A DNA stretch of 64,000 nt from Chrysomallon squamiferum. Taxonomy: Eukaryota > Animalia > Mollusca. A program made the position numbers and the translations under genes. The notes beneath the pieces are model-generated. The model saw only the letters and a program-made list of their open reading frames with translations. It ran no database searches and was not told the DNA's origin. The DNA lies in assembly GCA_012295275.1 (NCBI GenBank), contig CM022679.1, positions 6,076,001 through 6,140,000 of the forward strand. Direction: 5' to 3'. Positions 25,501 through 42,000 of this stretch are shown piece after piece; within the stretch, counting starts at the first letter, position 1; each line of letters opens with the position of its first letter.

Positions 25501-28500
25501 GTTTCTACCAACCTCTCCTGTTGCTGCTTTGACTTCAGATCCAGTCTGACCTTGGAATGCCATTGGTGTGCACCTGTTTTGATGGAATCCACCGCCTGCC
25601 ACTGGTTGTCCATGCTGTTTTACTTGTTGTAGGTCTGCTCTCCCATATCCATGATCTTCATATCCAGTCTGAAAATCTCTCTCCTTGAAACCATTCTGAT
25701 TTTGTGTTGCTGATGTCTGCTGGTGTCCACTGTTTCCTTGATTCTGAAAAGCAGCTGATCTAAAATCGTGACTCTGACCAGACATTGGAGCTGGATTTGA
25801 GATGCTGCAGTTTGGTTCTTGTTGTTGTGTAGGCTTGTTTGATGGTTTCTGGCAAATCTGACTTTGATGTCTCTGTACATAGTTCTTCTCAAGGAGTTCA
25901 CGAATCTCAGCCTGACTCATCTTTTTCCTTCCTGATCCACTAGACTCGGATCCTTCTAGAGAATTGGTGGTGCTGGAACCAGATGAAGATCTGACATGCT
26001 GGGTATGAGCAAGGTTCTGCAGAGATTTCTGTTTATTGAGAAATGCTTTGTACACCTCATCATCTGTATTTTTGATGTCAGAAGGTTTTTTGTTTTTCTG
26101 TTGTCGTGGTAACGATGAGTAACTGTCAATGAGATTTTCTTGTGAACCTGAACGGTGACTAGAAGACTGGGATGAAGATGAATGAACAGATGCATTGCTG
26201 CCACCATAATTGTGTCCCACACTTGACTGATCAGAGTTATTGGTCCTGATCATATGTTTCTGAGAGTTATCTCCCCTAATCTGCCTGAGAGAAAATTCAC
26301 TTGAAGCACTAACTTGTCTGCTATGTGATTTACAGTTCTGACCGTTATTCTCATGGTCACTGGTCCTATCCGAAAAAACTGTCCTTTCATTGGAACCAGT
26401 TGTTTTGTCCGAAATGATAGAACCAGGTCTTCCACTGGAATTGGCATAAGCAGACATTTTGTCACCAGATCCATTTGGTCGTGCATGACTTGCTTCAGGA
26501 TAAGAACCATCTGAATCACTGCTTGTAACACTTGATCTGTTAATAATAATAATAACAATAACAATAACAATAACAATAATAATAATCATAATCATAAAGA
26601 TAAACATCAATGAATAACAATAACATTAATAAAGTTTTCTGAATCTGTAATGTTTATAATGAAAGCAGCTGTTATTAATTTAATTTGTTTTTACTCAGTA
26701 TACTAAATAATAATAAAAATATAAACAATGATTAAAAAGTTAGGAATCATAATAAAGATTTAAAAATTTGAATATATCCCTTCAAAATACTTGTATCAAT
26801 ACTATTTAATAATAATAATAATTTCACAATACTAACCTTCTTCCAGTGCTATCAGATGACTGTTGTTTTATTTTTAGCTGTAAACTGCGAGACTTCAGAA
26901 TACATGAATGATAACGACGCTGAGAATACACCAGAGACTGATGGGTAATATTAACCAGACTCATAGCTTCACGAAGACAGCCTATTAAATATTAATAATA
27001 ATGATGATGATGATGATGATAGCAATGATGATAACATTTTTTAATAAAATAAAAATAAAATGTTAAAAAGGATAACGTTAACATTTCTGGAGATTGAATA
27101 TTTATTTTTATTATTTTATAACCAATAATAACAATCATTTACACATTTTACTAATATTCTGAGAAATGCTTTAACAAACTGTAACAAAAAGTATAATTAA
27201 TATGAAATGATTATTTAGACCAATCTTTGCCAACAACTAAATATGATGTTACACCAAACCCTTGTGCACACAACATTGTATAATATAAAATATGGCCGAA
27301 GATATTTAAAATCAAGTTTATCAACACTAACTGTTAATAAAATAGTTAATCAGGATATTGCTTACCTATAGCATTCTCGCACTGACTGAGAGCCTGTGAG
27401 AGACTGTTATCTGTCTCTGCTAACACACACTGGTCCATGAAGTCCTCAGCTGTCCGACACAACTGTAAGAATTTATCATTGCCAGCACAGTCTGAAAATA
27501 AACAGTAAGACAATGTCTAACAGCACTTGATTATGTTTTGACATTTCTAATGCTGGAACTAAATACAGATGAATTCACACTGAATTAGAATTACACAAAC
27601 TTGTATAATGGGACTAAGTTTAAAAATAACTATAATCAAGATAAAAACTGCTATTCAGAAAGGTAATGATAGGTACAGAAAAAAAACCCAACATTGTAAG
27701 AACCCCGGTTAATAAAACAAACCTTCATTCTGCTGGATGGTTGAAGGAATATCTTCAGAAACCTGGCCCACAATGTAATCTGAAACCACAAATATAAATA
27801 TCCATTAGCTGACATAAGAATGTGGTTATACATCATACTTAAAAATTACAATCTCAATGCAGATATTTTTCCTATAACTTTAATTACATGTTGTTGTTTT
27901 TTTGTTGGTTTATTTGTTTATGGGTGAATCTGATTTTTGTTTTTTTGTTTGTCAGTATGTTATTTTGGATGTTTCATCTCTATTAATATTAAATCAATTT
28001 ATATATTACAAATTATTATTTGCATTCTGGAATATCAACTATTAATTTAATTTTTTAATTTAGATTAAACTACAGATTAAATAAAATTAAATATTTTACT
28101 TTTCTGAGGGATGGGAGGTCTCTGCCATCCTGTAGTGGATGCTGCCATTTTGTTGCTATTCTCATACTGAGAAGCCATCATGTCATCAACAGGTGAGCAC
28201 ACTTTTCCAGACAGGTTGGATACAGAATTCTTCAGCTGAGGCTCAGAGGACATTTTAGTACCCAGATCTTGTGGTACTGTTTTCAAATTATCTTCAAAAC
28301 TGCACTCTTTAATAGGATGCATTGTCTGTCTGTTTGGATATGACTCAAATAACTGTCTGTTAACATCATCTTTAGGGAAACCTACATTATCATTCCCTGG
28401 AGGAAGAGTTGTCAAGTGGCCATTGGTGTATCCTGGATACATCTGTTTCTGCTGTCCATCTTTGTTGTCAATAGGGTAGTGATTACTGGGCTTGTAACCT

Positions 28501-31500
28501 TGGGCTCGCTCTATTACAGCTTGTGGGTTGAATGATTTTGGAACTATCATACTGCGACTGATAAAATATTGTGTGTATGGGTCAACTGTTCCACTTCCTG
28601 TTGAGCTGGAACTGTTCCTGTCACTGCTTCCATAGCCAGAATCACGGTGAGAACTTAGCGACACGTTGTCATATGGTATCTCCACACTGAGAGCACTTTT
28701 CCCTTCCAGACTCTTAGCACTCAGCAGTTTTCCCATCAGACTGTCAGACTCAATGCTGCTGTTGCTGGTGATGCTGCCAGCATTTGATGGCTGTCGCTGA
28801 ACACCCTGATGTTTCAGAATATTCTCCACTAAACTTCTGTCAATGTAGGTCTTCTCATCCACAAAACCTTCATCATTTGCTGAAGTCTTTTCTGACTTCA
28901 GTTTCTGCTTCTTTTCTGAGCTTTTTGTCTTCTTCTTTGTTTTCTTTGTTTCAGAGCTTTTACTAGACGATGATGTCTGTCTGTCATGGCCTGGGGGAAG
29001 AGGAGGTCTTGCTGGTGGTTGCATCAAACCTTCAGGAGCACTGAAGCTGTGAGACAAAGTCTGAACAGAATCCTGAGAGGAAGATTGTCTGGAATGACTT
29101 GAAGAAGGCACAACTGGAATGGAAACTGGTAGAGGTACTGGTTTCTTATTCAGTGGTCTTGATGTATCTGGATTTAACAAGTTGCCCATAGATCCTTGTC
29201 GGTTCAGTCCTTGTTTTACATTCTGCCCATCACACATCTTTTTCTTTCTTGGTAGAGTGGCAAGACCTGACTGTACTGGTCCATGGTTGTCAATATTTTC
29301 ATAGTTATGATGAACAGATGGTTTGATAACACGGTGCTGGTTAGAACTGACAATATCAGAGTTGATGCTCACATTGTCTTCACCATTCTGCCTCTGCTGT
29401 TTAAAATGTCCATTGGCCTCAGTCACTGGACTTGGGGTTTCAGATGAAGGTGATGATGATGATGAAGAAGAATAACGACTTGGATCAACCTGATATCTAA
29501 CAACATCTGCAGCAATTTTGTTTTTCCCCTTCTTAAAACTTTCTTTCTTCTGACTTTCTGAAGCCTTGCTCAGTTTGACAGGCAGTGGAACAATATTTGG
29601 GTCATGTCCATTGATTGAAGATGGCCGTCTGTACTGGTCACTGTTAGAAAGTGTATAGTTGTCCACATCATCCCCAGCATTCTCATGAGAAGCAGCACCT
29701 CCACTCATAAACACATACTCCCCTAGTGACTCTTTGCCAGGATTGTGATAGACAACCTGAGGCTTTGTGGAATCCACAGACTGAAATGACACTGATGAAT
29801 CTCTGCGGGGGACTGATTTCCCAGATTTATTTTCCTTTCCAACTGCAATAAGGAAACTTGGCTGACGAGAATGGTCTGAGTCTGTCCGCCGTGGTGCATG
29901 TCTTGGTGAATCAGAGTAATATTCTGGTCCTGGTGTTACAGCTCGTCTGCCATTGTTTGGATCCTCGGAACTCAGGGTTTTACTTCTGTGGTCAGGATTA
30001 GGTGTCTGGGATCTCCTGACTGGTAAACTTTTAATACTCTCTCGAGTACGATCAAGATTAGTATCTTCAGATAAAGCTGAAAAAAACCATTATTATGTAT
30101 TATAGAGATGTCATATTTTTAGAATCTTCATTTTAGTGTTAGTTATGTTAATGTCAAAGGTTTAAGAAATCTTGATATTAAAAAGAAACTGAATAAAGAG
30201 ATTGTAATGATAATTTTGTATTTGAAACATTTTACAATTTCAGTCTTGTTTTAAATTAAATTTCAAGTATCTCAATCCATTTTCTGATTTACAAACCATT
30301 TTATGTAAGATGATTAAAGAATTACTTACTTGCTGTCTGCACATAACCAGGAGCCATTGTTCTCTTCTTGGGAGCTTTGTCAACACACACTGGGGTCGCT
30401 GCAGGGTTCGCATACAACAACAACAGAGGCTGGTATCGTCCTCGACAACACTTTTCTATCACTTGTTCAAATCGTGGACCAATCTGTTAGTTAATTTCAA
30501 AAATTTGTAAATTAATTTAGCTGTGTCTGTCTCTCTTTTTTTGACTTTCATTCTCTGTTGTTCTATTTCAGACTTTTTCACTATCTTTCCCTGTTTATTT
30601 TTATTTTAGTTTCTTTGTGTTTCTGATTAATATAATCACTTAGTATTACAAATGTAAGTTTTAAACAAACCCTACTAGCTAAAAGGAAGTGAAAATATAA
30701 ATTTTAAAACTACCAACAAGAAAAGACACAAAATAATTAACTGATTTTTATTTCATTTTTAATTTATCCAAAGTAATGTATGAAAAATAATTATAATTCT
30801 CAAAATGTTAACAGAGAAATAAATAAATACATTAAATAGAGTAAATAAAGAAATGTAATTAAGTAAATAAAAAACATTTTACAACTCACTTCACGGACTG
30901 TGGCATCATCAAAATAAATCCAGATCTTTAACTTGCTGTGGAACACAAATGTTGAATAGTGCTTCCCATAGTAACATACCACAGCAACCAGATTAAATTT
31001 TTTCTTGATGTCATACATGACTGAGTGAAATACCTGGAGGGGAAAAACAGAAATCAGCTTCCATATAAGTCAATATGGCAAAACACATAGTAATGTATTA
31101 GTGAATATTAATCATATCAAATATCTAGATGGTGTATCATTGATGCAGTTCAATATTACTACATATAATTTCCTGGGATGTGACAAATGATATAGTGATA
31201 TATTTATAATGTACAAGTTATCTGATATGGCTACAGCTGAATGTTTAGATTTTTTATCCGACGTGTGGTATGTTTCAGGATCTACTGTCCTTACAGTAGC
31301 TTTATCATTATTTCCTATTACAACCCATAGGCAGTTTATCAAAAGGTCATGGAATGTGCTTACCTGTCTTTGAGACAATGATATAAAAAGATCAGAATAG
31401 AACAAAGTATAGCTTGGAATGACAAATGTAGGTTTTGTCATGATGTTGTTTGAATGGAATGATTGATTTTTAATAATTCTTCCAAATTATTTACCAAAAA

Positions 31501-32734
31501 TGTCTTGTGCTTTCTTATTTATGAATATAACTATAACAACAAAAGAAATCTAGGCAAAAGTGTTATTTTTTCTTTTCTAGTATTTGGTATGGAATGATTA
31601 TCCAAAGTTATTTCTATCATACATATATTATTATTGGATTTATATATAGGATGTAGGATCTTAACTGTGATTAACTGTGTAATTCAAATAAATTACTTAC
31701 ATCCTGTAGAAGCAGTGTTGTTCCAATGCTTTTAGCAACTTCAGTGGTCTGTTCAATGGATGGATGATCAGAATCCCACACTAGACCAATACTCACTGTA
31801 ATTTAAATGCACAGTCAAAAACTAAGTTCAGACAATTTATGTTAAGTTATTAATACATAGCTTAAAAATAAAACAGTAATATTATTGTAACTTAAGATAT
31901 TTGTTATCCTAAAAATAAAAATAAGAGTAAATCTGGTGTCATGTTGAGAATATATTTTTTTAAATTTAGTTTCCTTATTGAATAAACAGAATAAACAGAA
32001 TTCTGTTTGGTGTTGCTACTTATCGAAGAATTCTGAACCAGTATGATTAATAAATCTTTAAATTTTCTGTTTAAAATATGACTCTAATAAAACCAGAAGT
32101 TTAGCCTATATGTGCATATGCACACATGCACACATGCAAGCACACACACACACACACACACAGATGCACAAAAATCTATACAGTGTTTACTGTTTACAGA
32201 GACAGAAAGAGATTGATATATAAACAGCGCTTACTTACATCAGAATTTTACTATCTGTTCATAGTCATGTTTAAAAGTATAATTTTTTTTTTCACTGATA
32301 AAATAATTTAGTTACATTAAAATAATAGATGAACTATGGAGATGAGTAAAAAGCAATGCATCAGTTTAGGTATACACATTAAGACATCTGTCATATTAAG
32401 TAAAAATGATCAGTGTAAGTGGGTTACCTATGTCAGGGGAGTTATGAAGAGTTCTTTGAATCTGAACTTTCTTTCCACAGTTGCCCTGGAAATAAATTAA
32501 AATTTGCTGACTGCAGAAACATTTATGTGTATTTCATTTTTATTTCAATTATTATTTATTTATTGTTATTACAAAAAAACAACATAAAAAACTCCTAAAC
32601 TGTATGGTATATAATATTCACTTGCTCCAATTACAAGAGTTACCTCCCTTGTGATCTTTAAAAATGAATTTCTATTTTCAGTAACACTTGAAATTTATTA
32701 GTTAATTTATTTAGAGCTGCTTCAAATTTTTTCA

Positions 32735-32788
<54 letters not shown>

Positions 32789-32952
32789 TTGAATGACATA
32801 ATAAATACTATTTTCTATACAGCATGTACAGTTAATACTTACTGGGCAGTCTCTGACATCTCCCATGGCACTGGCATTTCTCAACAACAGACCAAACCTG
32901 TCTGGGTGAAGAATATCACCTGACTCTTGCATCATTCTAGCCTGGCAACTGC

Positions 32953-33015
<63 letters not shown>

Positions 33016-36000
33016 TATAATAATAATAATAATAACATAGATTATAGACATACATACATACTACAACATGAATACATATACATATACATTTACAGAGATA
33101 CTGACATACAAGCAGGATACTTACACTAAGGAATTGGCTGATATGTAGTGCACCATCTGAGTGAACTTGAGAGGTTCTGAACTCTTTCCACATGGACAGA
33201 TCAGCTGTAAATAAATAAATAAACAAAAAATGAATGAATGAAAGAATGAATGACTAAATAAATAAAACTAACAGATACATAAACAAAAATTATTGATTCA
33301 TTGAATGAATGAATAAACAATAAACAGATAAATAAACAGTAAATAAATGAATGAATAAATAAATAAATATATTTAATTAATAAATATTTTAAAATAATAA
33401 AAATAGGCAAACAAATAAACAAACATTCAGTCAAATACCAAAAACAAACAAATTAATGTGTTACTGAAATAGTATTGGACTTTTGGGAGGAATTTTTTTA
33501 CGAATCTAAATTATATTTTTAAATAAAAAGAATATTAAACATTAACTGCTAATTATATTGTAATAATGGTGTTGATGACATTGTTAATTATATTGTGATG
33601 AATTATAAACATTATCATAAATATATCATTATCGTTTTCTAGACTAAATAGTAAGGGACATAAGATAGTTAAATAAAGATAGTTAACTATAATTAAAACA
33701 GAAAACAAAAAGGCATGCCCACAAGGTTAATTAAATAAACAGGTCTGGGACAACAGCAATTCATTCAAGCATTCCACACACACACACATTCTTTCAATGG
33801 TCAACATTTTTGTTTGACAGGTACCATATGAACTATGAAAATAAATAGCTGTATAACACTCAGATTATGACAGACAGGCAGACAGTAATGAGTTTGCTTG
33901 AGAAACACAAAACAGATTTGATGAGCAAATTGGTCAATAAGGGTAAATCAATCACACCTGGAAGGCTGGAAATTGTGGCCTTGCAAGATCTGTTTTTCCA
34001 TGGCCAATTAATTTTAAAGCCCCAGGCTTGAAGCTGCCAAGTGTAAGGAAGTGTTTTTTTATGCAAGAAGTGAACTGATGGCTTGCTTCCAGGACATTTC
34101 ATTAATTATTTGTTTCCATGTCTCTTTAATTAGTGGGCAGTTTAATTGCTGCTTATTTATTATTCCAGAATTAATTACTCAATCTGCTGAATCATCAATT
34201 ATACATGAAAAGAATTAACAATATCTGCATGTGCATGCAATTGTTAGTTTCAGACTGCAGTTTAGTGACAGAGTGTTTGTCTCAGAAGTGATAATTTACT
34301 GGATCAATATCCAGTATGTTCTAATATTATACTAAATGACTATATGAACAGACACACAAGCGCACGCACAAGCACACAGACACACATTGGGGGGTTTCTG
34401 ACACTGTATCTCATGTCTATTAGAAAGCAAAAATGAGGATTTTTTGCTGATAATCAATAGCCAATAGATCAGATATTTGAAGGATTTTCTGGATACTCAA
34501 GATATTAACTAGAATCAATAATCGCATATGAAAGTGAATTTGTTCTGTTTGTAAATGCCCTGAGATGAAAGAAAGACATCTGGGTCATCTCAAGTTGAAC
34601 AAGGATTCTTAGAATGAACCCAATCAAAGGCTAGATGCATAATAATCCTAATGGAGTCCTTTTAATGGGATTTCTCCCATAATTTCTGACAGATATCTGC
34701 TTTATGAATATAAATCCCACCTAAAATGTGTCCATAAATTATAGATATATCTTTAAAAAAGGAGTAAAACACCAACACTAACAACAATAAAACAATAACA
34801 ATAACCCCTTTTAAATATTATTTGAATGTATTGAAAAAACTAATTTTATCTGATCAGGTATTTAACAAAAAAACTCACCTGATCACAAACAGTCATGGAG
34901 AATTTCTGGTGAGGCAGGCAGTGAGGTGCATTGCAGACATCTTCATTGATGTTGTGGGCAAGATGAAGATGTATGCGACGAAGGATATTTTCCTACAAAA
35001 AGAGAACAATTATATTAATATAATAATAATAATTACAACAATAACAATGATGATAAATTAAAACTATAATAATAACAAAATAAAGGTATAACAATAATTA
35101 AATAAGATGTAATAAATAAAGAAGTAATATTATTTTCACAAAGTAATAATGATTTGGAATATCTCATACATTATACATATATTTTACACAGTAAAATTGA
35201 ACCATATTAACACTGCATATCACATAGTTGTTACATAATACAGACAGTCAGACTAAAATATATGAAGTGCTGACCACTGCATCTTTGTGCTTTTTATAGA
35301 TCTCCATCTGGCACCATTTCTAATTTCAGAATGTTTTCAGAATGTTTTATGACTTACAAAACTGATATATCTAAATGGATTCTATTTCTTGTTATTGTTT
35401 TTTTTTAAACCTTATTTTACATTATTTTAGGATTTCGTGGTTGCACTTGTTTCATATTTAAGAACAGAACTGGAACCAAAATGCATAATACTGTTTATAC
35501 TCTAAGCAAATACATGTTTGTATTTGTACATTTGTTTTCCATTTATATTTGACAGCTGCACATACAAATTTTAAATTATTTGTCTGTACATGGAAAAAAT
35601 GAACAACAAATGATTGCAGCTGAAAAGTATTTAACTATAATTTTTTTTTAAATTCCAGATTCTTCCACTTCTGAAAGCATTTATAAAAACAAAATCTTTT
35701 AATAGTGTATTATTATTTATATGTAATTATATACAAAGAGGTTTATTAACCATCTTTTTAATGTGCTTTAAATTATAATGAAGATTTTGTAATTGCATTT
35801 CATTTGTTTAAAAACATATATATTAATATTAAATGCAGAAACAAATAATAAGAATATTCTTTAGATGAGCTGGATAATTTTATAACTAATTTACAAGATT
35901 ATCTCCCTTTGTTAATTTGGTAGGGTTTTTTAACAGTGGTACCCTACAAAGCTGATTACAACAAACAACTGATTAACAACCCTTCCATGCAAATCCCCCT

Positions 36001-39000
36001 CTAGTCAGTGTCAACAATAATCAGAATTATAACAGTGATCAAAGGGGTGAGTCCTTTATGCTTGAAAGATTCATACTTTATCCAGGTTATTAACAAATAT
36101 CTTGATCAGACTGCTGCCATGGAAACAGTTTACCAATCATGTAAATGATTGTGTTTTGCCATGCATGGATTGCAGACCGCCTCCAGGCTGGGTCTGTGGT
36201 GGAAAATAAGTGCTTAGTTTGAAAGGAAATCTCTCCCAGCTTCATCAGCACATTTGTGTGAAATGTGTAAACCATACTAATAGCACTAAGCAGTTTTCTA
36301 TTAGTACAAGATAAATATCTGTCTTGTTTCATCTCAGTTAAAGTACTGGTATACACATATCAGCTCTGATAATGTGTTAAAACCTAATAATGCATTATTT
36401 AACTAAGTCTTAACACATTATTAAAGCAGAGTAATTTTTTTATTATTATATAGAATATAAGATATATCTCATCATCTCTAGAGATTCTATCAGAAGTATC
36501 GTCTGTTTGTTCAGGTATATGATATTGGCATGAAACTGCTTTGTCTTTGGCAATGGCAGTAATCCTTTCCAAATGTTCAATTCAATGTTCAATAATACAT
36601 TGATTATAACTTACCCCATAATAAATGGAAAAATGCCATATTGTTTTGGTCAAGGCCAAGTTAATACTAGTATGTATTTATTTTCTCTCTTTTTATATTT
36701 CTTATAAATAAGTATATCTATTATCCTCCATTACACATTACCTTTCTCTCTCTTTTTTAATGTATTTGTTTTTATCTTATGTGAACAAAATAAAAAGGTT
36801 TTCAAAAAAAATACAAGAAAATATTACAGAAAGTGTGGAGAGGATGGCAAAGATAGACTGAAATAGATAAATACATTTAAACAGAATCAGTGAATCACAT
36901 TAGAGCAGAGAGAAAGAGAGAAAAAAGAAGAAAAAAGAAACATAAAGAAAGAAAACATAATGAACAGAATATGCAGGATACATGAAATAGAAAATACCAG
37001 AATGGCATATTGCAAACATGTTGAGCTGACAAACAACAAGCATGGCACTCTTACAATACACAATGTCAAACACAATACACAATGTCAAACACACAAGTCA
37101 ACATGAGGTCATCTCCGTACTCTAATTATATTGTTTTAATAACACTGCAGACAACAACATTAAAGTTTGAAAAACATGTCTGAATGCAGCATCATCCTAA
37201 CTAACTTCTGCCACAGGTTAACCCCATGACAGGCATACTTTAATAAATGTATGTAAATAACTGAATCATCATACAGTCACATCCTGCCATGAGTAGTGAC
37301 TTGGTGAAAATCAGAAATTAAACTCATGAAATGGATAGTCTAATCATAATCAAAATAAATATATTAATAGCTATAAGTTCTTATTTTGTATTGTGTACCT
37401 TATGTTAATAACTACTGAATGTACTTCAGGTTAATAAAGAACAAGTTTGTTTAAAATAACACTTTCAAAATCATGAGGTGAAAATTAGAATACTGAAAAA
37501 CATTATTAGAAATGAGAAATTCTGATGTAAATTTTTGTAATTTATATGAATTTATAATCTTATCACTTACATTCATAAATTAACTTTTATAGTATCCAGT
37601 AACTGAAGGTTTTTGTTTTCTAAATTTATTTAAATTTAACAGGAAAAAAAAAGAAGAAGAAAATTTTATTCTGCAGAAAAAATTCCACCTCCAAAATGTA
37701 AAAATAACAACAGTTAAAAAAAGAACAAAATAGTTCCCATGATTATAAATGTTTTAACTAAGCTTAAACAATAGACATTACAGGAATACTGTAGGGTTTG
37801 AGTTCACACTCCACTATTCAAGCCTTGAATGCTATGCACGGTGATGAAATGGGGATACACACAGTAAAATAGAGATAAAGTCTGCTTATAGTGATATTCC
37901 CAAACACCACAGATTCCCATCAAAGATCTGAAGACATTTCTAACACATTCATGTAGAATACAACAAAGTAACAACAAAACAAACATACTTCATCTTTTCT
38001 ATGAGGTGCAGGAAGGAAGAGAAAGTTTCCTGCTTATATCAAGATTTGTCCAATAATAGAGAAGGACCGGTAGAGGTAGGATTGGACAGGTAGTAGTAGT
38101 TAGATGATACAGGTAGTAATAAGAGACATGACATTAACCAGTAAGTCACAACAGGTAGCCACGAAAACATAGGAAGAAAATTCAATACTGTATCTTGGCA
38201 CATATTTTAAATATCACTAGTTTTACTCATCATCTTCAAGACAGTTTAACTACTGACTGAAATGGAAATAATCCCATGGGTGCTGCATGAAGAACAAAAT
38301 ACTCCTACCTCTTGCCTGTTTTCTGTCTCTAATTTATAGCAACCCAATAAAAATATCTGTAGTTTATCATTATTCATTTTTGTATTTATTTCAATGTTAG
38401 CTAAGTTGAATTTATGTAATATATTTTTCATTATTATTTTTCTCTTTTTTTTCTTTTGAAATTATCATGTTGACAGAGATATTTAAATAGTATATTTATT
38501 ATTCTAAATATTGATGAATAATCTGAAAATTATTCTGCTATTAATATAGAAGAATTAACAAATAGTTTCTATCTCAAGAGAATATCACTAATGCATTTTG
38601 ATCCCTTGGAGAAACTCTTCATTAAAAAATCAATAAAAATAAATATACTCATTAGACAGATAACTAGTGGCATTAAAACATCCCAGTGGATCTGAATTTG
38701 AGAAATGAAAAAACCCCAACAAACAAAGTACTTAATGAGAATAAACAGGCAGACAATACAGCCTAATCTCTTCATTAAAACTAAATTACAGACAGTTAAT
38801 TTTATCCTTTCAATACTGAAAAAAAATATTAATATCCCAATGTGTTTTAAAACCTCTTTAAGTAATTATTCCACTGGGGTATTATCTATCTATTTGTCTG
38901 ATTAGTAAGAAAAAATAAATAAAATAAGATAAAATATAATATTATTTACTCGACTTTAGAGATTATAACTTGAAAATGTAAAAATCCCACAGACAATATA

Positions 39001-42000
39001 CTGTATATGCCCAAACCTGACAAAAATAAAAACATGGAATTTGATATTTACAGGCATGTGTGACATCCTGATTGCAGCCCTTGTTGTTATTAAAATTACA
39101 ACAGCAACAAAAGAGCAAACTTTTCTAAGTTACATGCATGAACAAAGGAATTTGATGCCAGATTTGGGGGTGGGGAGTTATAACTTCAAAGTAAAGGTAA
39201 ATTTAAACTTTAGATAAATCAAAATACATTTTTTAAAAAGAAAAAGAAAAACAGCAGCTGCAGCAGAAACTGAATGAAATGAAGTAAGGACAATTAACAG
39301 ATGGATGGAAGTATGGATGGATGGATGAATGAAAATATGAGCATAAAGGATGGGTAAAGAAAGAATGGATATACGAAAAAGGGAAGGTTAGATGCATTGT
39401 TTTGTGGCTGAAAACATCTAGTCTTAACCATGTATGAGATGACATAATAAAGAAACTTATTTTATACAGTTAGATTTAAAGCTTTCACGGAGAGTACGTA
39501 AATAACTTAATAAATGGAATTGCAAATTAAAGGAAACTTAAAGTAAACTTATTACACCATGAAACAAACTGGATACAAACTGATACTATAACAGCTCATT
39601 AATCTTAGCTGACATGACAAATATGTATGTAAGTGTCAGGATAATTTATAGACTGCTCCTTCCCATGAATATAACATGATAGTAAACACTATACAGTACA
39701 CCTGATAAAGTCCCAATTGTTTTAATTTGTTTGAAGCAGATTTTGTCAAAATGTATTAAAACTGAAATTTACCTCTGCACCAGTGTTTGAAAAATTCATT
39801 AACTTAACTGGTGCTACCCTCTAATATATTAGCAACAATCTTTTAATAAAGTCAGACTCAAACAAATATAGAAGATCTTTGTTGTATATATATATTTTTC
39901 ATTTTCACAAAAGACAATGTCGGCTTTGCTTTTAATTTTACAGTTTTCAAGTCCTTTTCTCTCTATTTTTTAATTTTTATTATGTGAAAAGGGAAATAGC
40001 CTCTCTGGCAAGACTTCTTTATTAAGCACTTTTAAAAAGCTAATAAAAGGCAGTCATTGTTGTCACAGTTATGAAAAGACAGATCTCCATTTTAATTCTA
40101 TCATTTTACACCTGAAAAACAGGAAATGTGAGGTTTTTATAACCACTAGTTTCCTGTTTAACTTCAATAATGATAAAAAAATATCAAATAAATTTAGAAC
40201 AGCCATATAAATTTTGCATTAGGGCAATTTCCTGATCTGCTTATTTTTATTTTTATTCCTTTTAATATGTTTAATATATATTTTATTGATACATAAAATA
40301 TATTCGTTTCAATGCATAAGTTATTACTGTTTCATAAAAAGAGAAAAAAAATGCATAAATAATTTTCATATCAAGTTAAAAGATTTTGAGAAAAAAAAAG
40401 AAAAAAAAAAAGATTTAGTAGCTTGATGAAAACATTTTGTGCAGCACACATGCATTTACTATTAATTAACTTCCAGGCTCATTTCCTAAATATCAGTCAT
40501 TGTGATAAACAGAACAAACATTTCCAATACTTTCTATTTAAATATTTATCCTCTTTCTACAAGAGTACTTACCCTTCTGAACATAAGGTGAACTATTTCA
40601 TGAGACTGGACTGCATTACACAAAAATGTATGTATGTGTGTGTGTGTGTGTTTGTGTGTGTATATATATATATATAAAATCAAAATAAATTTGAAATTTT
40701 CCTTGATCATTTTCTAGTGTGGAGGAAAATACTACTTACAAAGCATTCAGCAGCATCATCCATGTGACCAAGCTGAAACCTCTGCTGATTGGCAAACGTC
40801 TCTGCTAGAGCTTTACGCAGAGCATCAGGATGGAGAGATGTCTGGTCACTGTACTGCAGCTGTGTGAATATCACCTACAAATAAATAAATAAATAACTTT
40901 TTAAAACTTACCTAATTTAAAAAACCCAATTATTTTCCCTTTTCTATCTTTATTTAAATTTAAAACAAAACAAAAAGTTTCTGTATATTTAATTATCAAC
41001 AGTTGTTATCACCATACTTTAATATACATGTAATCTATTTTATTTTATTATTATTATTTTTTTTTTTTTGTAAAACTGAATTATTAATTTGGCTAAATTT
41101 TTATTTTATTATTATTACTATTTTTTTTTTTATATTAACACCACTTATGAAATCTTTCAAGAATCACACACCACTAAACCCTCATAAAATCAACAAATGT
41201 TCCCCATTATTCAACCTAAATAAATGCAATATGTAAGTGCATTTGTAAAATGCAGAGCTTGCACTTTGTATGAACAATGTATTTCCTCCAACTAAACAAA
41301 CTGATTACCTGTACCAAAAAAAAGCTCTTAGCCAGCACAAAGAAAACATGATTTGTTGCACTGAATGTATGCCTGTCCTGAACAGGGCATTGTAGATTTT
41401 GATGACTACTGTGTAACTGTTATTGTAATGAAAATCTGTACAAATCTACTGATCATATTTGTAATAAATAAATTTTGTACTATTTTAGAATTAAACATAT
41501 ATACATAAAAACAAAGGCACATAAAACAACAAATAAGACTAATTTGTTAAAAATAACTGCTTGATGGTCAAAAGATCTCTGTGTGTATAAATACTTTATT
41601 CACTAGAGATGTGAATGTAAGAAAACAGGTTTTCGTGTGTTTAAGTATTGTTGTCACCTGTATTATGAACTGATATCACGTGTGTAAGGTATTGCTATCA
41701 CTTGTGTAAGGTATCAATATCACAGATTAGTTCTATCTTCCAACATGCAAACTGGAATAGTTAATAACAGACCACAGGATGGTAAAAGCATATCTGTTAC
41801 AGGTATTATCTATGTTCAAATGTTTATTTTAAGACATATTGTATTTAAATTTTATAGAAACAGAAACAAATATATAACTGTTTAATAGGTTATGCCTTTG
41901 TGCTTTAATGATCTTGCATGTGTATCACCTGTGTTAATCTGCAAAATAATATGTTTACAGACTGGTAGGTAGTTCCTACATGAATTGAAACAGTTATTAA

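Noticed and set aside
26537-26610. Apparent signal peptide [15 protein letters not shown] at the start of the 463-aa ORF
   Set aside because: Intronic (ATT/GTT)n repeat upstream of the acceptor at 26536; the ORF is an internal USP exon.
22002-29304. Many + strand and alternative-frame ORFs over the large USP exons
   Set aside because: Shadow ORFs of GC-richer coding sequence.
32732-33226. 164-aa poly-Y/poly-I ORF
   Set aside because: (AAT)n introns around a real 106-nt exon.
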